From Bradymonadales bacterium (lineage in GTDB: Bacteria; Bdellovibrionota; UBA2394), in assembly GCA_007693605.1 (NCBI GenBank), contig REDG01000056.1:4358-68357 (forward strand): 64,000 bases of DNA, written 5' to 3'. The notes under the pieces are model-generated. The model was not told the DNA's origin. It saw only the letters and a program-made list of their open reading frames with translations, and did not search any database. Of this stretch, positions 58,056-64,000 are shown piece after piece (the stretch's first letter is position 1; the number at the start of each line of letters is the position of its first letter). Made by a program: the position numbers and the translations under genes.

Positions 58056-58679
58056 GTGGGCCCTTCTTCTAAAGCCTTTACTTTGATTGAGCTGATGATC
58101 GCGGTGGCGATTATTGGGGTTTTGGCGGCGGTGGCGATTCCCGCCTATCAGGCCTACTTAAGACGAAGTGCGATCTCAGAGGCCCAGTCCGGCTTGGCTC
58201 AGATTAAGCCGGCCATGGAAGCCTACTACGCGCTTACAAGAGATTATATCTCTGCGGCTCCGAATCCGGCTGGGGCGGCGGCTCCCACAAATCGCGCCGC
58301 ATGGGACCCCGCAATTGTCGGCTGGGGGCCCAATGCTTTGAACACGCGGCCCGATCGCTTTGTCAGATTTCAGTATCAGGTTTGGGCGACGACGGCTGCG
58401 CCCTCTGCAACAGGGGATTGTGGCGCAGGGGGCCTATGTGATGCTACGGCTGCGAATTCTAGAATTGAAGCTTTTCAGGCGACGGCTTCAGGAGATCGTT
58501 GTTTCTCTGGGGCGGTGGCTGCATCTGCATCTGGAGTCTTTGTTGAGACAAGCTTTCAGGGGACAGATTGGTTTGTGATTGGCGCGAGAGCGAATTTGAA
58601 TTCTTCTTCGGATCCTTGGAGCAGTCTTTTTCTGCCGGTAGATGAAACTCGAATTTTTGAATGTAATTTAGGAGATTAG
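58056..58679 (+). CDS. Type IV pilin paralogue 1
   Basis: [26 protein letters not shown] class III signal with Glu+5; four Cys. Confidence 0.9.
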   Translation: MGPSSKAFTLIELMIAVAIIGVLAAVAIPAYQAYLRRSAISEAQSGLAQIKPAMEAYYALTRDYISAAPNPAGAAAPTNRAAWDPAIVGWGPNALNTRPDRFVRFQYQVWATTAAPSATGDCGAGGLCDATAANSRIEAFQATASGDRCFSGAVAASASGVFVETSFQGTDWFVIGARANLNSSSDPWSSLFLPVDETRIFECNLGD

Positions 58680-58697
58680 GTGCATTTTCGTTTCGTT

Positions 58698-59312
58698 ATG
58701 GAAGCCCAAAACTCAAGAGCCTTCACTTTGATTGAGTTGATGCTCGTGATCGTCATCATTGGTCTCTTGGCGGCAGTGGCCATTCCGAGTTATCAGGCCT
58801 ATCTTCGTCGGGGCTATTTGGCCGAAGCCGTGAGCGGCTTGTCGACCGCTAAGGCTGCGCAAGAGAGTTTCTTTAGCTTGAATCGAGTTTATATTTCGAC
58901 GGCCCCCAACCCTGGCAGTGTGCCGGCCAATCAGTCCGTAGCTTGGGATGCTGCCGTTGTGGGCTGGCGAGCCGATGGCTTAGGAGTGCGACCGGATTCT
59001 CGAACTCGATTTCAGTTTCAGATTTGGGCGACAGCGGCTGCTCCTGGAGCTTCTGGAACTCTAACTTGTGCGACGGGTGGGGCTTGTACAGCGGCAGAGG
59101 CGAACACTGAGATTGAAGCCTTTCAAGGACAAAGCCCTTGCTTCACGACCAATGTGGTTGGTGCCAACGGGACTTTTGTGGATACGGGATTTTCTGGGGC
59201 GAACTGGTATGTGATTGGGGCCACGGGAGATTTGAGGCCGGGCGGTGTAAGAACTTCGATGTTTACGGCAGTAGGAGATTCCAGAGTTTTTGAATGTCAT
59301 CCAGGAGAGTGA
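58698..59312 (+). CDS. Type IV pilin paralogue 2
   Basis: [26 protein letters not shown]; four Cys; start ATG 58698 or GTG 58680. Confidence 0.9.
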   Translation: MEAQNSRAFTLIELMLVIVIIGLLAAVAIPSYQAYLRRGYLAEAVSGLSTAKAAQESFFSLNRVYISTAPNPGSVPANQSVAWDAAVVGWRADGLGVRPDSRTRFQFQIWATAAAPGASGTLTCATGGACTAAEANTEIEAFQGQSPCFTTNVVGANGTFVDTGFSGANWYVIGATGDLRPGGVRTSMFTAVGDSRVFECHPGE

Positions 59313-59966
59313 TTGAGAGTGAATAGACTGTTTGTGAAAAGAGAGCGCGGCTTTACCCTGATTGAATTGATGATCGTGATTGCGATTGTGGGAGTTTTGG
59401 CGGCCATTGCGATCCCTGCCTATCAAAGCTATCTGAGAAGGGGTTACGCAAGTGAAGCCCAAAAGGGCTTAGCAGAGATTCGAGCCGCTCAAGAGGCTTT
59501 TTTTTCGACCAGACGCGGTTATATTTCTGCGGTTGCAAATCCGGCAGCGGTGCCTGAGTCGGGCCGAGCGGCTGCTTGGGTTGTAGACGCGGACGGATGG
59601 AATCAAGAGGGCTTAGGGGTTCGACCTGGGCGCCAAGTGAGATTTCAGTATCAGGTTTGGGCCACGGCGGATGCTCCTGGAGCTTCTGGAACTCCAACTT
59701 GTGCGACGGGTGGGGCTTGTACAGCAGGAGACGCGAACACTCAGATTGAAGCCTTTCAAGGGTATTCGGCAGATCGATGCTTTACGGGCTATATGATTGG
59801 CACTGGTGCAGACAACGGCTTGTTTATTCATACCGGTCGCTATGCTCGAGCCGTTTGGTTCGTGGTTGGTGCGCGATCAAACTTCAATCCTGCCAATAAC
59901 CGCCAGACGAGCTTCTTCTTGGCCGTCGACAACTCCACCATCTTTGAATGCAATCTGGGAGATTGA
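59313..59966 (+). CDS. Type IV pilin paralogue 3
   Basis: [26 protein letters not shown]; four Cys; start codon uncertain. Confidence 0.9.
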   Translation: MRVNRLFVKRERGFTLIELMIVIAIVGVLAAIAIPAYQSYLRRGYASEAQKGLAEIRAAQEAFFSTRRGYISAVANPAAVPESGRAAAWVVDADGWNQEGLGVRPGRQVRFQYQVWATADAPGASGTPTCATGGACTAGDANTQIEAFQGYSADRCFTGYMIGTGADNGLFIHTGRYARAVWFVVGARSNFNPANNRQTSFFLAVDNSTIFECNLGD

Positions 59967-59976
59967 GCCCTTGATC

Positions 59977-61050
59977 TCAGGGAGTTCTCACCACTCGGCT
60001 TTGAGTCATTTGATAGGCTGCAAAACTCGCGCCCCCAGCCACCAAACCTACACCCAGCCAAAACCAGGGCGACTTCAAGAATTTCAGATTCTCCGCATCT
60101 TGCTTCGCTTCGAACGCAGAGTCTGACTCTCTTCTAAAGGCCTCCAAGATCTCTGAAGACTGAGTGTCAGCCATTCTCTGAGGAACTCTTGGCTGGGTGG
60201 ACACTGGAAGAGAGCGTTGATTTTGAAGCAAAATATTTTCGAGTTCGCCCCGGATGTTCTTTCGAAGTAGGCGAAGAGACTGGTCGGTGGAGTTCAAAAT
60301 TCGCCTTTGTTTGGCCCAGGTCTCAAGCTTTGGGCTCTGCCAGAGCGAGTAGCTCTTGACGGTTTTCAGGCGGGGTTCTTGCAGTCCTGGCTGAAGCTCA
60401 AGCTGAAGGACCTGCAACTCAGAAGCTGTCAAGAGGTGAAGAAGGTGACTGCCCGTAACGAGCTTTGGCTTGTCCGGAAGCGGAGAGAAGTTCAGCCAGA
60501 TCATGGAGGCTCCCTCGACGACTTCCTTCGGCAAGCGAAGACTTGTTGCGCTCTGCCTCTTGATTTCTGCTTGAGCCCGAGAGGGGAGCCGACTCACAAA
60601 GGCATCTTCATGGCCATAGCGGTAGGCCGATGCAGGAATTTCTCTCTCGCCTCGATTGACCGTCCAGACGAGCCAAGAGAGTTCTTGGAGTCGATGATCC
60701 AGTTCAAGCTGCTGATGAAACAAAAATCTCTGATCTAGGTCTCTTTGGGCTTCTCTCAAAATCAACCAGGCGCGATCAAAGTCTCGGGACAAAAAGGCCC
60801 TTTCGGCTTCCTCCACCTTCGCCTCTATTTCTCTTGAGTTGTCCGGAATCAAACGAGAATGCTCGGCCTGAATTCGATATTCCAATTCCAGAATCTGATC
60901 TTGATTCAAATTCTGATGACCCGCACCGAGGCTCTGAGGGTCATAGAGCGCTTGGGAATAAAGGCCAACCGACTGGCAAAACAAAGCTGCAAACAAGATG
61001 AAGACCGCTCTCATAGGCATCGACTTGCTGCACAGAATGGTCTTTGTCAA
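59977..61050 (-). CDS. Exported hypothetical protein with C-terminal PWFW-TM segment
   Basis: Signal peptide (MRAVFILFAALFCQSVGLYS); ends FLKSPWFWLGVGLVAGGASFAAYQM. Confidence 0.65.
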   Translation of the reverse strand: MTKTILCSKSMPMRAVFILFAALFCQSVGLYSQALYDPQSLGAGHQNLNQDQILELEYRIQAEHSRLIPDNSREIEAKVEEAERAFLSRDFDRAWLILREAQRDLDQRFLFHQQLELDHRLQELSWLVWTVNRGEREIPASAYRYGHEDAFVSRLPSRAQAEIKRQSATSLRLPKEVVEGASMIWLNFSPLPDKPKLVTGSHLLHLLTASELQVLQLELQPGLQEPRLKTVKSYSLWQSPKLETWAKQRRILNSTDQSLRLLRKNIRGELENILLQNQRSLPVSTQPRVPQRMADTQSSEILEAFRRESDSAFEAKQDAENLKFLKSPWFWLGVGLVAGGASFAAYQMTQSRVVRTP

Positions 61051-61085
61051 TCAAAGGAGAGGATGGAAGCCCCCTTCCGTTGAGA

Positions 61086-62072
61086 TCAACCCCCCTTTGG
61101 GCTGCCTGGCGGTGGGGCGCTTTTGGTCCAGAATCCGTAGAAAAAGCCCTTAAACCAAGAGAAGCCTGCAAGAAATATCTGCAAGAAGAGGGGGCCTCTT
61201 TGGGGGCGAAAAAACAAAAGCGAAAAACCCAATATAAGGATTGAGAACAGAGCCCACCAGATCTTAAAAATCGCCAGAATCAGAGCTGTGCAGATAAAGA
61301 GGCCGGGAAGAATAAGACCGACCCAATGAAGCAGGCGGTGGGGACCTCGTTCTCTGAAAAGCTTTCCTTGAGCTCGACCGTAGGCGAACATCACTTTGTC
61401 GAATTGAGCGAGTGTTTCGGGCCGGTGATGGTAAACTCGCGCTAGAGAGTGGTAAGCGATTTTTCCCCCCGACCTTCTCAGCCTCCAGTCGAATTCATAG
61501 TCTTCGCCCGGAAAGAGATCTTCTCGAAAACCTTCGAGCTTTAAAAAGACCCCTTTTCTATAAGCCACATTACAAAGCGGGTTGTGATCGGTCTCAAAAA
61601 TTTCGCTGGAGTCTCGAGATCGTTTGTAGAAAGAAATCAGCCAAGCCATCGATCGAAAAAATCTCTCGATGGCTTGCTGAAAAGAATTTGACTTTGGATG
61701 AGCCAACTGGGGACCCCCCACAGAATCAAATGAACTCTGTTCAAAAGCTTTCACAAGCTCTTCGATCCAATTGGGAAAGGCTTCGCAGTCGGCATCCATA
61801 AAGGCCAGAATTTCTGCTTGGCTCTCTTGAGCCGCTCGATTGCGAGCACGGCCTGGCCCCAGCTTGCCCCATTGCCGAAGTCGAAGCCGTTTTGGATGCT
61901 TTTCGGCAAAGCTTTTCACAATGGCCGCCGTTCGATCGACCGAAGCGTCATCAATAATCGTCACGACAAAATTCTCGTAGCTCTGAGACAGCAAGCTTTT
62001 TAAGCAGGCCTCAATAATTTTTTCCTCATTGTAGGCAGGAATAATCACTTCTACTGAGGCGCGCTCAGACAT
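61086..62072 (-). CDS. Glycosyltransferase family 2 with C-terminal TMs
   Basis: VIIPAYNEE, IDDAS.DRT, ARN, FMDADC, GEDYEF..R. Confidence 0.9.
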   Translation of the reverse strand: MSERASVEVIIPAYNEEKIIEACLKSLLSQSYENFVVTIIDDASVDRTAAIVKSFAEKHPKRLRLRQWGKLGPGRARNRAAQESQAEILAFMDADCEAFPNWIEELVKAFEQSSFDSVGGPQLAHPKSNSFQQAIERFFRSMAWLISFYKRSRDSSEIFETDHNPLCNVAYRKGVFLKLEGFREDLFPGEDYEFDWRLRRSGGKIAYHSLARVYHHRPETLAQFDKVMFAYGRAQGKLFRERGPHRLLHWVGLILPGLFICTALILAIFKIWWALFSILILGFSLLFFRPQRGPLFLQIFLAGFSWFKGFFYGFWTKSAPPPGSPKGG

Positions 62073-62144
62073 GACTTCATTTTTCTTGGAAATTCAAATT
62101 AAGGGAAGTCTCAATTCAGGAACTCATGTTAGTCTTGCCGCAGG

Positions 62145-63482
62145 GTGAGCGAAAAGACTGTCATTTTGGGGGCGGGCCCCTGTGGCTTGGGCGCAGGCTA
62201 TCGATTGAAAGATTTGGGTCTGAGCAACTTCGAGATCTACGAAGCGGAGAGCTACCCTGGCGGCCTTGCGACGAGTTTTGTCGATGCCGAAGGCTTCACC
62301 TGGGATATTGGCGGCCATGTTCAGTTTTCTCATTACGAGGAGTTCGATCGTGTGATGAACGAGGCCCTGGGGGATGAGTGGCTGACTCACGAGAGAGAGT
62401 CTTGGGTTTGGATTTTTGATCGCTTCACTCCCTACCCCTTTCAGAAGAATCTTTGGAGATTGCCGAAGACTGTTCAAGAGGATTGCATTGCGGGTCTAGA
62501 GAAGCTGCAAGAGAAAAAGACGCTTCCACCCACCAATTTCAAGGAGTGGATTCTTCAATCTTTTGGCGAGGGAATTTCTGAAGTTTTTATGCTGCCCTAC
62601 AATTTTAAGGTCTGGGCCTATCCCCCTGAGATGATGGACTATCGTTGGATTGGGGAGCGTGTGGCGACGATCGATCTGCCAGAGCTGAAGAAGAAGACCG
62701 CTCAACAGCAGGATGATGTCTCGTGGGGGCCTAACGCCGTTTTTCGATTTCCAAAAAAAGGGGGCACAGGAGCCATCTGGAAGAGGGTGGCGGAACTTGT
62801 CGGCCTTGAAAAGATTCGCTTCTCAAAGCGGGTGGTTCGGATTGATCCCGACCAGCGCCGGCTGTTTTTTCAAGATGGAACTGAAAGCGCTTATGATTCT
62901 CTGTTGTCGACTCTAGCGATCGACGATCTCTGTCGCCTTGCGAAGATTCCGATGAGCGGAGAGCTTTTGTCGTCTAGCTCTCATATCATTGGCATTGGCT
63001 TAGAGGGGAAGACCCCAGAAGCTCTTCAAACGAAGTGTTGGATGTACTTTCCGGAAAGCCATTCTCCCTTCTATCGAGTCACGGTTTTCTCGAACTACTC
63101 ACCTTTTAATGTCCCAGATTCAACTCGACACTGGAGTTTAATGTGTGAGGTGTCGGAGTCTTCCTTTAAGCCGGTCCAGAAAGAGACTTTGATCGAGGAC
63201 TGTATTGCAGGCCTGAGGGCCACTCGTCTGATCTCAGAGAGAGATCGGATTGTATCAAGATGGCAGTATTGCGCGAGAAAGGGCTACCCAACCCCAAGTC
63301 TGGGTCGCGACCAGATCTTGGCAGTGGCCAACTCCAAGTTGGCGGCGAAGGGAATCTACTCGAGAGGTCGTTTCGGACAGTGGAGATACGAGGTTTCGAA
63401 TCAAGACCACACCTTTATGCAGGGTTGGGAGTGGGCCGATTGGCGCCACACAGGAAAGAAAGAAAAAACAATTTTCGGCTAG
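62145..63482 (+). CDS. FAD-dependent UDP-galactopyranose mutase, eukaryotic (fungal/trypanosomatid) type
   Basis: GAGPCG, D.GGHV.FSHY, YPFQ.N, W.GERVA, WGPNA.FRFP..GGTG.IW, CW.YFPE, PFYR.T.FSNYSP.N, GYPTP, SRGRFG.WRYEV.NQDH. Confidence 0.75.
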   Translation: MSEKTVILGAGPCGLGAGYRLKDLGLSNFEIYEAESYPGGLATSFVDAEGFTWDIGGHVQFSHYEEFDRVMNEALGDEWLTHERESWVWIFDRFTPYPFQKNLWRLPKTVQEDCIAGLEKLQEKKTLPPTNFKEWILQSFGEGISEVFMLPYNFKVWAYPPEMMDYRWIGERVATIDLPELKKKTAQQQDDVSWGPNAVFRFPKKGGTGAIWKRVAELVGLEKIRFSKRVVRIDPDQRRLFFQDGTESAYDSLLSTLAIDDLCRLAKIPMSGELLSSSSHIIGIGLEGKTPEALQTKCWMYFPESHSPFYRVTVFSNYSPFNVPDSTRHWSLMCEVSESSFKPVQKETLIEDCIAGLRATRLISERDRIVSRWQYCARKGYPTPSLGRDQILAVANSKLAAKGIYSRGRFGQWRYEVSNQDHTFMQGWEWADWRHTGKKEKTIFG

Positions 63483-63570
63483 GCTCTGTCTGTGTCCTTA
63501 AGGCTGCATCGGCAAAATGAGATCTAAAGGCTAACAATTACATATGCTTAACAGGGTGACTTGAGTCTTT

Positions 63571-63660
63571 GGATAAAACTCTCAATTATTGAGAGTTTCG
63601 TGCTGCACCAGAAGGTGTAGTGTGCTAGGATAAAACTCACAGTTATTGAGAGTTTTATCC
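63571..63660. promoter_or_regulatory. Twin palindromic operators upstream of the AbiEi gene
   Basis: aaactctcaat-t-attgagagttt (63576-63598) and ggataaaactcacagttattgagagttttatcc (63628-63660); the second overlaps an extended -10 TGcTAGGAT. Confidence 0.75.
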
Positions 63661-63661
63661 A

Positions 63662-64000
63662 ATGAAGAAAAACAATAAAAGACGACCTCCCACCGACTCT
63701 GAGGACGCCCTGTATTCTGTCGCGAGCGCACAGGAAGGGCTCTTTACAGCTCAGCAAGCTAAGGAAGCTGGCTTTGATGAACGCCATCATCCCTATCATG
63801 TAAAGGCGGGCAATTGGGTCCGAGAGCTGCGAGGAGTATACCGACTCAAGAATTTTCCGTATTCTGAAAATTCTGAGCTTGTGCAGTGGTCACTTTGGTC
63901 TCGAAACAAAGCCGACGAACCGCAAGGAGTCTTTTCTCACTACACGGCTCTTCGTATCTACGAGCTTTCTGATGCCATGCCCTCTAAAATTCACATGATC
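63662..64000 (+). CDS. AbiEi-family type IV TA antitoxin (runs off the right edge)
   Basis: Manual translation MKKNNKRRPPTDSEDALYSVASAQEGLFTAQQAKEAGF...GNWVRELRGVYRL...GVFSHYTALRIYELSDAMPSKIHMI; QxG.FT..QA, RGVY and SH.TAL..Y.LSD..P..IH are AbiEi motifs. Confidence 0.85.
   Translation, partial: MKKNNKRRPPTDSEDALYSVASAQEGLFTAQQAKEAGFDERHHPYHVKAGNWVRELRGVYRLKNFPYSENSELVQWSLWSRNKADEPQGVFSHYTALRIYELSDAMPSKIHMI

Noticed and set aside
59039..59761. Diversity-generating retroelement TR/VR pair for the shared pilin tract
   Set aside because: The mismatches (T/C, G/A, C/G, G/C, G/C) are not adenine-specific and no reverse transcriptase is in the window
63548..63799. 83-aa minus-strand ORF from the track
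   Set aside because: Antisense to the AbiEi gene and its operator region

Overview
Gene-dense chromosomal window (about 50% GC). Gene content and order point to a deltaproteobacterium sensu lato (Bdellovibrionota/Myxococcota-like; inference). Most of it is housekeeping: typA, ptrB, menA plus a polyprenyl synthase, nadE, iscA-fdx-iscX, recA, ffh-rpsP-trmD-rplS-rnhB/yraN-rsmI-hemE, ssb and ribF, followed by a type IV pilus locus pilB-pilT-pilC-pilS-pilR. Notable items: (1) three abutting pilin paralogues with a mosaic pattern, including a 90-nt tract 94% identical between two of them in the variable region while their conserved N-terminal helix is diverged at synonymous sites, which suggests segmental gene conversion; (2) a dispersed ~26-bp repeat/MITE-like family (consensus about GGGASTGKCGCTAAAGGCCCATCTGC) at six loci, two of which supply the stop codon of the upstream gene; (3) three exported proteins sharing a C-terminal W-F-W plus glycine-rich membrane segment; (4) a fungal/protozoan-type UDP-galactopyranose mutase next to a GT2 near the pilins; (5) a sigma54 promoter with three phased GRCA-N5-TGYC boxes upstream of pilB; (6) two type IV (AbiE-like) TA loci, one with twin palindromic operators, and an orphan hicB; (7) repeated -10 boxes 6-8 nt before start codons, suggesting leaderless mRNAs. 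I found no rRNA, tRNA, CRISPR array, integrase or transposase. All family calls come from motif recognition by eye, not database searches.
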